Origin: Terriglobia bacterium
GTDB lineage: Bacteria; Acidobacteriota; UBA6911
DNA: 64,000 bases
Assembly: GCA_020072565.1 (NCBI GenBank)
Contig: JAIQGI010000010.1
Location: 64,592-128,591 of the forward strand
Direction of reading: 5' to 3'
Shown: in pieces, positions 39,804-50,181 of the stretch
Layout: each line of letters begins with the position of its first letter
How positions within the stretch are numbered: the stretch's first letter is position 1
Notes under the pieces: generated by a model
Told to the model about the DNA's origin: nothing
The model's input: only the letters and a program-made list of their open reading frames with translations
The model's database searches: none
Translations under genes and position numbers: made by a program

Positions 39804-39861
39804 GCCACGAAAAGCACAAACGGCACGAATTCTTTGGATTTGAATCCGTGTCATTCGTGGC
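39804..39861. repeat. Periodic (9-bp) inverted repeat, REP-like family A
   Basis: GCCACGAAAAGCACAAACGGCACGAA...ATCCGTGTCATTCGTGGC. Confidence 0.65.
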
Positions 39862-39912
39862 GATGCTTCTTCACAGAGCTGGTAATGGGACGCCGTGGCA
39901 GCGAATCAGCGC

Positions 39913-40002
39913 CTATTTCACGCGCACCGAGACCGAGTTCGAGGGCGCAGACTCTCCTGTAACAGAGGCATGGATGCATAAAGCCTGGCGCCCCCTGCTC
40001 AT
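39913..40002 (-). pseudogene. 29-aa micro-ORF, probable collapsed gene (start fused to an FN3-like C-terminus)
   Basis: GAGGAG RBS, MSRGRQALCIHASVTGESAPSNSVSVRVK*. GESAPSNSVSV resembles the last strand of an FN3 domain. Confidence 0.5.
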
Positions 40003-40116
40003 TCGTACTCCTCACTGATGTTATAGAATGGCTCCAAACAACTGGCGCGATAAATCAGTCTCACCGCACCGAAATGGCCTCGATCCAAGGAAGTAGTTGC
40101 CCGTAAAGGAGGAACC

Positions 40117-40200
40117 ATGAGAGCATGTACCACACGAGCACTCGGGATTGTCGCGATCGCGGTCGGATTTCCGGCCGCCCGGATGTTGTCTATCCCCTGA
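40117..40200 (+). other. 27-aa micro-ORF resembling an isolated signal peptide
   Basis: [37 protein letters not shown]. Confidence 0.45.
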
Positions 40201-40379
40201 ACGCCGTCGAAACGATAGTTTCGCTGGCGGCTTTCGAGCGGCTAGGATGCAGGAACACTCGAAATCCGTATCAATGGATCATTGGAGTCACTTGTTCGCT
40301 GGCCGCAAATCGCAGGCAGAATTGTGCGCTGATCACGTGGAGCGGGAGTTCGGGATTCGTCATTCGAGAGATTAAGGCA

Positions 40380-43019
40380 ATGATCGGCCAAACCATCGGA
40401 CATTACCTTGTCGTCGAGGAACTGGGTGCCGGCGGCATGGGTGCGGTCTACCTGGCGCGGGACACGCGCCTTGAACGCCCGGTGGCACTGAAGATCCTGT
40501 CCAAAGCGCTGCCCGCCAATGACGAAGTCCTTGGGCGATTCAAGCGCGAAGCGAAGGCGGCATCGGCCCTGAACCACCCGAATATCTGCACCGTCTACGA
40601 CATTGGCGAGCATGAAGGACGCCCGTTTATCGTTATGGAACTGCTCGAGGGCGGAACGCTGGCAGGTCCGGAGTTTGCCGGTCCTATGCCGCAAGAGCAG
40701 GTGATCAAGATCGGCATGCAGATTGCCGACGCGCTCGAAGCAGCCCACGCCAAGGGAATAATTCACCGTGACATCAAGCCCGCCAATATTTATGTAACGC
40801 GACGCGGTCAGATAAAACTGCTCGACTTCGGGCTGGTCAAGCTCGCCTCACCTTGCGATCCCGCTGCAGCTTTCGGATCGGCCACCCCCACGGCCGGAGC
40901 ACCGGAAGGAACGCTCACCAGTCCGGGGATGGCCGTCGGCACCGTCGCATACATGTCGCCCGAACAGGCTCGCGGGCTCAACGTGGATCAGCGTACCGAC
41001 CTGTTCTCCGCCGGCGCGGTGCTCTACCAGCTCGCTTCCGGCAAACATCCGTTTGCAGGAAACACTCCGGCAGTCACTTTCGATGCCATACTGAACTGGG
41101 ATCCGGCGGCATTAGAAACACTGAATCCTCAAATTCAGCCTGAGCTGGCGAAGGTTATTTACAAGGCCCTCGAGAAGGATCAGCGAAAGCGCTATCAGAG
41201 CGCTGCTGAGCTTTACCAGGACCTCTTAAGCATAGAGAGACGCTCGGGCGCAACCGCTGCCGGCGACATCTCTTTCCGCCGTACGCAGGTAAACCCGGTA
41301 AATAAGGTGCAGAAGAGACTGCGCTATTTTGCAGCAGGCACTGTCATCATTCTGGTTGCGGTGGTCATGATCTCATTTTTCACACGATGGCTGCCGGATC
41401 GTAGGACCACTGGGCGCGGGGGAAGACTTACGTTGTTCTATTCCTCCCTGGCTCCAACTCGTGACCCAGCAATTTCTCCTGACGGAAAGATGCTGGCTTT
41501 TGCCGCGGAAGAAAATGGCCGCGTGGATTTGTATGTAAGCAGGGTCGCGGGCGGGGCGCGAGTGCGTCTCACGGACGACGGCGCGCAGAAATCAGAACCG
41601 TCATTTTCCCCCGACGGAGAACTTGTCGCGTTCACTTGCCTGCCCAAGGGGAGCGAGGAATCCGAGATTTCCGTGATTCCCACTCTCGGGGGTGCACCGC
41701 GCGTCCTCATTCCCAATGCGAGGCAACCCGCATGGTCCCCAAGCGGCAAAAGGTTGGCTTTTATCCTGATGGCACCCGGCGAACCCACGGCCCTTGCCAC
41801 GGCGGCGCGCGATGGATCGGATATCCACATCATAATGCGAGGGGACGGAGACTACCCATTCCTGAAATCGCCTGCCTGGTCCCCCGACGAGACACAGCTG
41901 GCGGTAGTCCGCAGCCTCGGCGGAGTCTATGGAGAAATCTGGCTTGTGCCTGCCGGCGGCGGGCCCCCCCGACGAATATGCCAAGACCCCGCGGGAGTGA
42001 TCAGCGACGAACCGGTCTTTACATACGACGGTAAAGCCATAGTTCACGAATCCAATCGCGGCGGTGCGACGAATCTCTGGCAGGTGAATCTCGACGGGAG
42101 TTCGCCGGTTCAGCTCACGACGGGAGCGGGGCAGGACCGCTCTCCGACCCTGGCGCGCGATGGTACCATCGCGTTCCTCAATTCACGGACGCGCTCTGCC
42201 ATTTTAGTATGCGCATTGAAAGAGAACGAGCCCAGGGAGTTGTTGACATACTCGGAGATACTGTGGGCTCCTTCATTTTCCCCCGATGGCCTGGAAATCG
42301 CCTTCACTCGCTCCGAGTCGGACGGTTCGTGGCACATCTGGTCCATGCCTGTGTCAGGAGGCACGCCTCGCCAGATTACTTCAGGATCGCTGCCTGAAAT
42401 CTATCCCCGTTACACGGCCGATGGGAGCGCTCTGACCTACAACACCTGGAGTCCGGGACCCGATCGGATCTGGAAAGTCCCGCGCAACGGCGGCCCGTCC
42501 GTTGCCCTGACTCCGACACTGCAGGAAGACGATGCCTATGCGGACTTGTCGCCCGACGGGCAATGGATGGCATTCACCCGCACAGAGCAAAGAACTGCAC
42601 ACGTCTTTGTGACAGCGCTTTCCGGAGGCCCGGCGCGGCGCGTGACGAATTCGCCTTCAGCCGTGCCCCGATGGTCCCCTGACGGCCAACTGATCGCGTT
42701 CAGTCCAGACCGCGGGTATTCTGGTGGTATATTCGTAATTGCTCCGGACGGAACAGGCCAGCGCCGTGTCACCCGGAGCGGCGGCTGGCCGGTGTGGCTA
42801 CCCGACGGCAAATCGATCGGATTCGTGGCAGTGGGCCCTGATGGCAACCAACAGATCCGTTTTGTTCCGGCCGAGGGAGGCGACACGCGCGTCCTTGTTC
42901 CGCTGAAACTGATCGGGACCAATAAGCCATTCGATGTTTCTCGGGATGGGAAGTGGCTTGTGACCACCAACAGCATTGATGTTTCTTCGGAGATCTGGCT
43001 CCTGAGCCGCGAGCAGTGA
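40380..43019 (+). CDS. Ser/Thr protein kinase with TM helix and TolB-like (PD40) beta-propellers
   Basis: [30 protein letters not shown] and repeated PAWSPDG-type motifs. Confidence 0.93.
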   Translation: MIGQTIGHYLVVEELGAGGMGAVYLARDTRLERPVALKILSKALPANDEVLGRFKREAKAASALNHPNICTVYDIGEHEGRPFIVMELLEGGTLAGPEFAGPMPQEQVIKIGMQIADALEAAHAKGIIHRDIKPANIYVTRRGQIKLLDFGLVKLASPCDPAAAFGSATPTAGAPEGTLTSPGMAVGTVAYMSPEQARGLNVDQRTDLFSAGAVLYQLASGKHPFAGNTPAVTFDAILNWDPAALETLNPQIQPELAKVIYKALEKDQRKRYQSAAELYQDLLSIERRSGATAAGDISFRRTQVNPVNKVQKRLRYFAAGTVIILVAVVMISFFTRWLPDRRTTGRGGRLTLFYSSLAPTRDPAISPDGKMLAFAAEENGRVDLYVSRVAGGARVRLTDDGAQKSEPSFSPDGELVAFTCLPKGSEESEISVIPTLGGAPRVLIPNARQPAWSPSGKRLAFILMAPGEPTALATAARDGSDIHIIMRGDGDYPFLKSPAWSPDETQLAVVRSLGGVYGEIWLVPAGGGPPRRICQDPAGVISDEPVFTYDGKAIVHESNRGGATNLWQVNLDGSSPVQLTTGAGQDRSPTLARDGTIAFLNSRTRSAILVCALKENEPRELLTYSEILWAPSFSPDGLEIAFTRSESDGSWHIWSMPVSGGTPRQITSGSLPEIYPRYTADGSALTYNTWSPGPDRIWKVPRNGGPSVALTPTLQEDDAYADLSPDGQWMAFTRTEQRTAHVFVTALSGGPARRVTNSPSAVPRWSPDGQLIAFSPDRGYSGGIFVIAPDGTGQRRVTRSGGWPVWLPDGKSIGFVAVGPDGNQQIRFVPAEGGDTRVLVPLKLIGTNKPFDVSRDGKWLVTTNSIDVSSEIWLLSREQ

Positions 43020-43129
43020 TGCCGGTGCCGCTCAAGGCCTGCAACGCCTGCATCACTCCTTGCATGCTGGTTGAGTCATGGGGAACCCACAAATCCGGAA
43101 CCGGGAGTACAGCCCGGGGCGCTTTGGGG

Positions 43130-43690
43130 CTACTGTGGCGCGCTGCCGAGTCGAAGGTTGAGCCCGAAAGAGAGGCGCAGGCCCTTCTCCCATAGAGCCG
43201 GCGCGAAAGTGCTTCCCGGCATGCGTAATCCCGTGTAGTCAGCCTGGATGGCGCGCACGGCCAGCGGGCCCTTCAGCCTGACATCGATCCCACCTCCAAA
43301 CATCATTGCAGACCGGGTATCCGTCATGGCGTCGGCGAATACCAGAGTACCCAGGGTCTCGCGGTAAGAGTAATGATTGCGCGCGACCCCCAGCATCAGG
43401 TGAAGGAAGGGCGCCAGTTTTCCCGCATCCCTGCTCGTCACGCGGGGACCAGCCCAAAAGGTATAGATGTGCCTCTTCTGATTCCAGGTTAACCCGCTTC
43501 CCTTTTGCGTATCCGACCAATCGAACCGGCCGACATCCACGGCGATGCCGAGGAAGCGATTCAGGTTTTTAGCGCCGGATATATCATAGCCAAACCAATT
43601 GGCCCCTCCCAGGCGGGCGAAAGTACCGCCGCCGAAGAACTCATACTTCGGGAATTCCTGCGCGTAAGCTGAAAAGGGATTTACCGGCAA
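43130..43690 (-). CDS. Outer-membrane beta-barrel protein; native start apparently lost (possible pseudogene)
   Basis: AYAQEFPKYEFFGG, AGPR, PFLHLMLG, GGGIDV, RAIQADY, RLSFGL. The signal peptide n-region is replaced by a REP-like hairpin. Confidence 0.75.
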   Translation of the reverse strand: MPVNPFSAYAQEFPKYEFFGGGTFARLGGANWFGYDISGAKNLNRFLGIAVDVGRFDWSDTQKGSGLTWNQKRHIYTFWAGPRVTSRDAGKLAPFLHLMLGVARNHYSYRETLGTLVFADAMTDTRSAMMFGGGIDVRLKGPLAVRAIQADYTGLRMPGSTFAPALWEKGLRLSFGLNLRLGSAPQ

Positions 43691-43695
43691 CAGCA

Positions 43696-43732
43696 GGAAT
43701 TTGGGAGTCGAGTAGCCAGTCCCAAAAATTCC
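43696..43732. repeat. REP-like hairpin, GGGAC-type family B
   Basis: GGAATTTGGGAGTCGAGTAGCCAGTCCCAAAAATTCC. Confidence 0.6.
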
Positions 43733-43809
43733 CGCAGCTTGTCTTTACAGTGCGCTGCGAACTGGTCTATAAGGTTGTAAACCATCGGCAATCGAAGGGA
43801 GAATGGCAC

Positions 43810-44529
43810 GTGAATGCGAAAGCGAGCACAAGTCTTGCGTGGATTCTTGGGGTGGTTCTCTGCGTTTTGTCAGTTGGCGGGTGCGCAAGCAGGCAACAGC
43901 TGTCCGATGAGCTGACGCAGCTGGCAGACAAGTACAAGACGGACAAGGGATCTCTTTTGCATCATTACACCGAAACCTACGAGCGCTTTTTTCTCCCCAT
44001 GAAGCGGTCGGCCCGAAAGATTGCCGAGATCGGAATTGGGGAAGGCGCATCGTTGAAGATGTTCGCAGATTATTTCCCGCAGGCCGTCATTTATGGACTC
44101 GATATCCTTGATGCATCCCATCTCAATTCAGGCAGAATCAAGACCTTCATCGCCGATCAATCCGACAGGAAACAGCTGGCGGCATTCATACATGTGAACG
44201 GGTCGGACTTCGATCTCATCCTCGATGACGGCGGCCACGCGATGCAGCAGCAACAGGTTAGTTTTGCATTCCTGTTCCCATATGTCCGGCCGGGCGGATA
44301 CTACATCATCGAGGATGTGCATACCTCTCTTCTCGACGGCTACGGAGCAGAACCGGCCCAGGGAAATACGACATTGACGATGATTGACCATTTCAATCGC
44401 ACCGGAAGGATCGAAAGCAGGTATATGACCGATGGCGAAAAACAGTATTTGAACGATAGCCTCAGCTATTGCTGCCTGGTAAGTAGAGATCAGGGTAGTT
44501 CAATGACCTGCATCTTTAAAAAAAGGTAG
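43810..44529 (+). CDS. Class I SAM-dependent O-methyltransferase (MycE/TylE-like) with lipoprotein-like signal
   Basis: TDK...HHY...YE, EIGIG.GASL, GLDI, DQSD, ILDDGGH, GGYYIIED. N-terminal hydrophobic stretch ending VGGC. Confidence 0.82.
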   Translation: MNAKASTSLAWILGVVLCVLSVGGCASRQQLSDELTQLADKYKTDKGSLLHHYTETYERFFLPMKRSARKIAEIGIGEGASLKMFADYFPQAVIYGLDILDASHLNSGRIKTFIADQSDRKQLAAFIHVNGSDFDLILDDGGHAMQQQQVSFAFLFPYVRPGGYYIIEDVHTSLLDGYGAEPAQGNTTLTMIDHFNRTGRIESRYMTDGEKQYLNDSLSYCCLVSRDQGSSMTCIFKKR

Positions 44530-44620
44530 GAACCCGGGGACGCTTATCCATTCTGCGTTTACCCATCGACTCGGGTTGTGTGACTTAAGCGGTAAGACAT
44601 GGGAGCGTCGCCAGCTTGCC

Positions 44621-44767
44621 CTCGTCATCGAAAGAATCCTGCGCCACCTCAAGCTCTGGCATCCACCCGAGCGTCTGCCGCCGCCCCGGGTTTCCACAAC
44701 GCTGGGAACGGATGCCGATTTTCTTGCCTGGGAGGCCGCCGGCCGGCTCTTTGATGCCCTCGACTGA
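44621..44767 (+). mobile_element. C-terminal remnant of an IS91/ISCR-like (Y2) transposase
   Basis: LVIERILRHLKLW..PERLPPPR resembles the conserved C-terminal tail of these transposases. Confidence 0.55.
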
Positions 44768-44780
44768 AGCGCGCCATTCA

Positions 44781-44870
44781 AATCAGTACGTGGCCAGTCG
44801 CCCTCCCCTGCCGGACCGCCTTCGCGTCTTTGACCGCATTTGCCAATCGGTCGCCTTCGCTCACCCGTAA
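44781..44870 (+). pseudogene. Ser/Thr kinase subdomain VIa fragment
   Basis: PLPDRLRVFDRICQSVAFAH followed by a stop. Confidence 0.55.
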
Positions 44871-44997
44871 GGGACCCTGCTGAGTTCAAATGAAGCAGAA
44901 CGGCGCGCCGACCGAAACCGAACGGGCGGCGCCGGTCAGCGTTTTTCCGCGTTTAAAACTGCATTTTGGTTGCACATTCATGAACAATCCGGGCTAG

Positions 44998-45151
44998 GGG
45001 ACAGCCGCCATAACCTCGAAATTGGGGCGCGGGAACTCATGACGGTACGGCCGACCGGAGATGATGGTTCGAGCAATTCGCTGCATCATTGAGAGTGCTT
45101 CGCCAAGCTGCCGCCTCGGTGATGGAATTTCGAGGTTTTGGCGGCTGTCCC
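44998..45151. repeat. 154-bp element with 26-bp terminal inverted repeats (REPIN/MITE-like, family B)
   Basis: GGGACAGCCGCCATAACCTCGAAATT (44998-45023) versus AATTTCGAGGTTTTGGCGGCTGTCCC (45126-45151), one mismatch. Confidence 0.8.
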
Positions 45152-45770
45152 TGAATTCCCTGCTGACCTCATTGCCTGACTGTTGTCGGCCCGCTTGCGA
45201 AGTGAACCAGTTAATCGCTCTGCGGTTTTGATTTTTCATCATTATTCTGCGATGGAAATGTGACCCTCGGACGGCCTCCCGGCATCTAAAACCATTGACG
45301 TTAGAATTTCTGTCATTTTGGTCCGGCGGCTGATCATTCTTCGTCACGACCACAGCTTTTGTCTTTCCTGTCCGCCGATTCCTGGGCTGGAGGCGAATGT
45401 GGGGTGGCGATTCCTGATCCAGCAGCCGAGTGAGGGCAAGACCCCGGCCAAACGATTGAACCAGAATTCCCTTTCTGAGAAACAGATCAGGGACGCTGGT
45501 CGGAAGATCATACATGCCGTTGCCGAAACGTTCGCCAGCCGACCAGATCCGGGAGAATCATCACGACACTGGACTACATCGCCACCGGAACCAGGGCCGG
45601 GCAGATGGCGGCCGACCGGGCGCCCGACGGTCCACCATGCTCGGTGATGCCCGATGCCGCAGTCAATGACATGGTGGGAGCAAGACACGGCATGTTTGTG
45701 ACAAACGTAGCGGAAGCAGTGCGAACAGAGAACGCCACCCATTTCGGATAATGAATCGGAGGAATGTGAG

Positions 45771-48149
45771 ATGCCTGCCTTCAAGAGGATTGCATCCAAA
45801 CGCAGTAATGAATCTCCTGGCAGCAACAGCTCTTCTGACCAACGCGCACCGGCATCGGGCTGCCGCTGGGTGCTGTGGGCGCTGTTGCTGTGGATCTTCC
45901 TTCCCGCCGTCCCGGCTTTGGCCCAGAATCCAGCGGATCTCAATGATTTCGCCGCATGGCAATTCATCCCCCGGACCTATCGTCCGCCTCTGGCTCAGAC
46001 GGGCATTGGTTTCTATTTCAGAACCAGCGCCTTGCGAGCGATTGGCGATCAGGCAAGGAGTCGCAGCCTGGACGTGGATCAGAAGCTTCAGTTAATGAAC
46101 GCCATCAGGTTTTCCTCAAGCAACGAATGGAGTACCCTTATTGACCAGACATGGGGTCCGGGTCTGCCCACGGATCAAAAACTCCAGATTTTTGATCAGT
46201 TCTGGCAGACCATCGATGAAAAGTTTGCCTGCTTTCACCATCTCTCAGTGGATTGGCATGCTCTGCGAGACAGATACCGCCCGGAGATCGCTGCCGGAGT
46301 CAGCCGAGGCCGTTTCGCTGCCATCATGAATCAGCTCTCTATCAGCCTTCAGGAATCCCATACCAGGGTCTCCGATCTGCTGGTAAATTATCAGACACAG
46401 CTGCCTCCCGGCACGCCCCTATTCTACATTGGCGGCTGGGGAAGTGACTCACACTTCGGCGCCGGGCTGACTCCTCTCAGTGACAAATCATTGCTGGTCT
46501 ATAACACGGCCAGTAACCAATCGTTGGGGCTGAAACCTGGAGACATCGTTCTTGGCTATGACGGCATCCGCTGGGGTGATCTCTATCCAGCGTTGCTGGC
46601 AGCGGAGTTGCCGGTGACCGGGTCCTGGTGGGGGAGCAGCCCTTCCGCCTTTGAACATTCATTGCTGATGAGTGCCGGAGATAACTGGCACCTGTTCGAT
46701 ACCATCGATATCCGGAAAAAGGATACCGGTGAAATCGTGCATCTGCCGACCAGTATGCTGGCAGGCCAAACCATGAACGTCTTTGCCACGGAGCAGCTGC
46801 CCGTCCCGGGAGTTCCCATGCTGACGGCAAACGATGTCAGCATTGGAAAATATGTGAGCTGGGGATACATCCAAAATACTAATGTCGGCTATATCTATGT
46901 CATGGGTTGGTCCGGAAATACCGTTGCCAATGATTTATACGCGGCAGTGCAGACGATTGTTAACAATCCCGGGACTGAAGGTTTGATCATTGATTTTCGG
47001 ACGAATTACGGGGGGAACATGTTCCTGATCGATCCAACGCTGCCGCTTTTGTTTAAGGATCGCATCAGCACCATTGGTTGGGCGCAGCGGGCCAACAGCA
47101 CTGATCATTATGCCATGGCCGAAAATTGGGCTACCGAACCTAGATACGACATTATCGGAAATCCGGACAACACATTTGACAAGCCAATCGCCGTGCTCGT
47201 GGGGCCTGGCGCCGTCAGCTCCGGAGACCAGAATGCGCTGCGGATGGCATTCCATCCGAGAGCCAAGTTATTTGGTCGCTCCACTGCTGCCGCCTTTAAT
47301 TCTCCAGTCACAGTATCGACTCTCGCGGGCTGGTACATGCGCAATGCCCCGAGCGATGCTTATCTGGTCTCTCGTAAAGGGCAGTATCTGACCCATGAAG
47401 AGTTAAAGGTGGACTTTCCGGTCTGGCTGGCACCCCACGACGTTGCTGAAGGGCGGGATACAGTGGCGTCCGCGGCATTGTCATGGATCAACTACCAGAA
47501 CACCGGATACGGCAATTGCGACCAGACCCGCTGGATCACGCATGTCACTCCCGTGGGCTCCGGGTTCACTACCCGATTCCTGATTAATAATCTAGCCGCT
47601 GATCCTGCAGTCGTGGAGATCCGACCGTATGACGAGAACGGCAATGCGCTCCTCAATCAGACGGTAGTGGTCCAGGGGAAGGGCTTGCAGGAGTTCTCAG
47701 CGGCTGAATTGTTTCCCGACCTGGCTGTCAGCCATTTCAGTATCTGCGGGCCGGACAGTAGTAGAGTGACCGCGACCTACAAGGTGGAAACCGGTGAAGG
47801 CCCCTCCGCACAGGTAAATGAAAACAGGGAATCGGGAACTGAGTACCTTGTTTATCCTGAAGAATGGAGCAAGATCGTGGACGGCGTTGCGATCATCAAT
47901 CCAAATTCAGAATCCGTAAAGATCACGGCCTCGCTTCTGACTCCGGAAGGAGTGGAAACACAGACAGTCACTCTTGCAGAGGATCTGAACCCTTACGCCA
48001 AGTATATCTCTCTGGTGGAAAATTTTTATCCGGAATACGGTGGTCGCATGCTTAAATTCACGGCTTCCCGCGCGGTCAATCTGCTCATGCTGCGCCTGAA
48101 CCAGGATGCCACCATCCTCTACCCGGTGAATGTGTTGAAGGAAAAATGA
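45771..48149 (+). CDS. Secreted S41 family peptidase with C-terminal accessory domain
   Basis: Signal-like hydrophobic segment, tricorn-C1-like FDQFWQTIDE, PDZ-like GLKPGDIVL, IIDFRTNYGG, KPIAVLVGPGAVSSGD. Confidence 0.85.
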   Translation: MPAFKRIASKRSNESPGSNSSSDQRAPASGCRWVLWALLLWIFLPAVPALAQNPADLNDFAAWQFIPRTYRPPLAQTGIGFYFRTSALRAIGDQARSRSLDVDQKLQLMNAIRFSSSNEWSTLIDQTWGPGLPTDQKLQIFDQFWQTIDEKFACFHHLSVDWHALRDRYRPEIAAGVSRGRFAAIMNQLSISLQESHTRVSDLLVNYQTQLPPGTPLFYIGGWGSDSHFGAGLTPLSDKSLLVYNTASNQSLGLKPGDIVLGYDGIRWGDLYPALLAAELPVTGSWWGSSPSAFEHSLLMSAGDNWHLFDTIDIRKKDTGEIVHLPTSMLAGQTMNVFATEQLPVPGVPMLTANDVSIGKYVSWGYIQNTNVGYIYVMGWSGNTVANDLYAAVQTIVNNPGTEGLIIDFRTNYGGNMFLIDPTLPLLFKDRISTIGWAQRANSTDHYAMAENWATEPRYDIIGNPDNTFDKPIAVLVGPGAVSSGDQNALRMAFHPRAKLFGRSTAAAFNSPVTVSTLAGWYMRNAPSDAYLVSRKGQYLTHEELKVDFPVWLAPHDVAEGRDTVASAALSWINYQNTGYGNCDQTRWITHVTPVGSGFTTRFLINNLAADPAVVEIRPYDENGNALLNQTVVVQGKGLQEFSAAELFPDLAVSHFSICGPDSSRVTATYKVETGEGPSAQVNENRESGTEYLVYPEEWSKIVDGVAIINPNSESVKITASLLTPEGVETQTVTLAEDLNPYAKYISLVENFYPEYGGRMLKFTASRAVNLLMLRLNQDATILYPVNVLKEK

Positions 48150-48413
48150 GACACGGGTAGTAGCAGGAACTCTCTTTCGGCCGAGAACACGCGCCCATCT
48201 CTTTGACGATAGCCGCCCAGTGGGCTGGAGCTTGCTTCAAGGGATTGAATCGAGTTGACATCTTGTCGTATCCGGCATCAAGCACACCATGATGCCTGAC
48301 TGCGGATCACCCCTTGGGTAAACGAATGTCACAATGGCGCTTCAGAAGCTCCAGATAGCGCGCGCCAAGAATCGCAGGGTAGTGGTCAAAAAGAAGAAAC
48401 AGCCAGGAAGCCG

Positions 48414-49163
48414 TCACAGTTTCGGCGGGGGCGGAGCCGTGAACTGTGAGAGATCGGACAGACCAAGGCTGCCTTCGATATCACTGATCTGCCTGACAGC
48501 ATCCTCAAAGCCGTCCGCGCCGAACTGCCGATGCTCGATCTCTTCGAATTTGTCGCCGAATTCATCCAACTGCTGCGCCGTGAGCGTCTGCTTCCATGCC
48601 GGAAAGACAATCGTGTCCTCGCGCGCTGCGTGATTGCGGTACATCAGCACGAAGGAATCGAGTGCCTGCGCGCACACGTCCGCCTTGCCCTTGTCCAGTT
48701 TCGCTCCCTGGGTGACCGCAATGATGTAATCCGTGATCTCGCGCCCGCGCTGATGTTGAGCAATCAAAATGTCGGTGTACGCCGCCGCCGGTCCGCCCGC
48801 TTTTTTTACCGCGGGAAAAATGTAAGCCTCTTCGAGCATCCTCTCGTGGTATTCCTCGCCAAAGGCGCGAAACAGCCTGGCCGTCTTTTGAAGAGCTTCC
48901 GGCGGGACTCCGGAGAGATTCCTTCGTAATCTCGGCGCCACGGCCGTATACACGAGCAGCGCCCGGCGCAACACGCCGTGTTCCCGCATTAAATCTTCGG
49001 TGGCAGTAACCTCGCCACCTTTTTCTGCCCCAGCCGCCTTGGGCGGATTCGTCTCACCACCGGATTCCGTTCTGGTGCCGCTTCCACAACCAATCAGGAT
49101 CAGACCGGCTCCGATCCCGGTTGACACTCTGAGGAACTCCCGACGGCTATCGTTTGTCCACAT
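48414..49163 (-). CDS. Tat-lipoprotein hemerythrin (HHE) domain protein
   Basis: SRREFL..LILIGC signal. LMREHG, YHERMLEE.YIFP, QHQRGR, HAAREDT ligand motifs. Confidence 0.87.
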   Translation of the reverse strand: MWTNDSRREFLRVSTGIGAGLILIGCGSGTRTESGGETNPPKAAGAEKGGEVTATEDLMREHGVLRRALLVYTAVAPRLRRNLSGVPPEALQKTARLFRAFGEEYHERMLEEAYIFPAVKKAGGPAAAYTDILIAQHQRGREITDYIIAVTQGAKLDKGKADVCAQALDSFVLMYRNHAAREDTIVFPAWKQTLTAQQLDEFGDKFEEIEHRQFGADGFEDAVRQISDIEGSLGLSDLSQFTAPPPPKL

Positions 49164-49236
49164 CACGCCACCTCCCATTTCATGTGGTGACAGGCATCGA
49201 AACGCAACTGCAAATTTACCGCTGTTCCCAATAAGA

Positions 49237-50181
49237 TCAATCGACCCCTGCGGGGCCGCCGCTGCGCGCGATGTCTTCTTCCCTGACCTTGTCGATGTTC
49301 AAGCGTCCGGCGGCAGCCTCCATTTTCGACAGCACTTCATCGAAATCGAACGACTGGGCCTTGGAGAAGCGGATCGGGTTAATTCGTGCGATTACAAACA
49401 CCTTCAGGTAAGGGCTCGTGAAGCCCCGGGCCTGCAGTTTTTTCACAATTGCCGTAACCTGATCGTCGAGAGCCAGGAGCGCAGCCGCCCTCTCCTCCCG
49501 CTTTCGGATCGCATGCCCGAGTGGCTTGTCGGAAAACTCCTCGATGCGTTTCAGAACCGGCAGGTATGCGCTGCCGCTGAATCGCGGGCGTTTCTCGTAA
49601 CAAGGCCCGAGCGTCAGGAAAGCGGGTTCCTCGAACTCGAACGCGTAATCGGATTCTCTAACCGACTTGCCGGCAAGAGCCCGGGCCATTCGAATCGTCT
49701 CAAGTGACTTCTCCTTCAGGTTGTGCGCCTTCTCCGTGTTGAGGGCGAGGATCTTGAATGCCACCTCCATTTCAGGAACCAGGAGCGCAGTGATGGAGCG
49801 CGCACCAAGCTTGCGGAGGGCTTGAAGCCGATGATTCCCGTTGGGTGTCCAGTAACCGCCGCCACGCTGCGGGATCGCAATGACCGGATCGAGGAATCGC
49901 CCGATCTTTTCGATGACGTCCATCAATCGCTTGATGTGTGTCTCCGACGCGTCGCGCTGATAGGGCGTCGGTTCAATCTTGTTGATGGGGAGGGCAGCCA
50001 GGAGCACGGGCTTCCCCCCGAATGGTTCCGAGTATGCTCCCAGAACTGCACCTCCGTCGGCTTCGACGGTGTGCCGGATTTCTTCCAGTCCGGCGTCGGA
50101 TACCGTCCGGGTTTGAGGTGCGGTCAAGCCAATGCTCAGAGGAGCGGTTTTTTTTCTTCGTGTTTTCTTGGTTGCGGCCAT
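49237..50181 (-). CDS. Stand-alone ParB/Srx N-terminal domain protein
   Basis: LPINKIEPTPYQRD, IGRFLDPVI, PNGNHRL.AL, LALNTE. No parA nearby. Confidence 0.82.
   Translation of the reverse strand: MAATKKTRRKKTAPLSIGLTAPQTRTVSDAGLEEIRHTVEADGGAVLGAYSEPFGGKPVLLAALPINKIEPTPYQRDASETHIKRLMDVIEKIGRFLDPVIAIPQRGGGYWTPNGNHRLQALRKLGARSITALLVPEMEVAFKILALNTEKAHNLKEKSLETIRMARALAGKSVRESDYAFEFEEPAFLTLGPCYEKRPRFSGSAYLPVLKRIEEFSDKPLGHAIRKREERAAALLALDDQVTAIVKKLQARGFTSPYLKVFVIARINPIRFSKAQSFDFDEVLSKMEAAAGRLNIDKVREEDIARSGGPAGVD

Noticed and set aside
45160..45770. Several 100-200-aa ORFs upstream of the S41 peptidase
   Set aside because: No RBS, motifs or consistent codon bias.
49237..50181. Chromosome-partitioning parB locus
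   Set aside because: No parA, no canonical parS palindrome noticed, and a non-canonical Arg patch.
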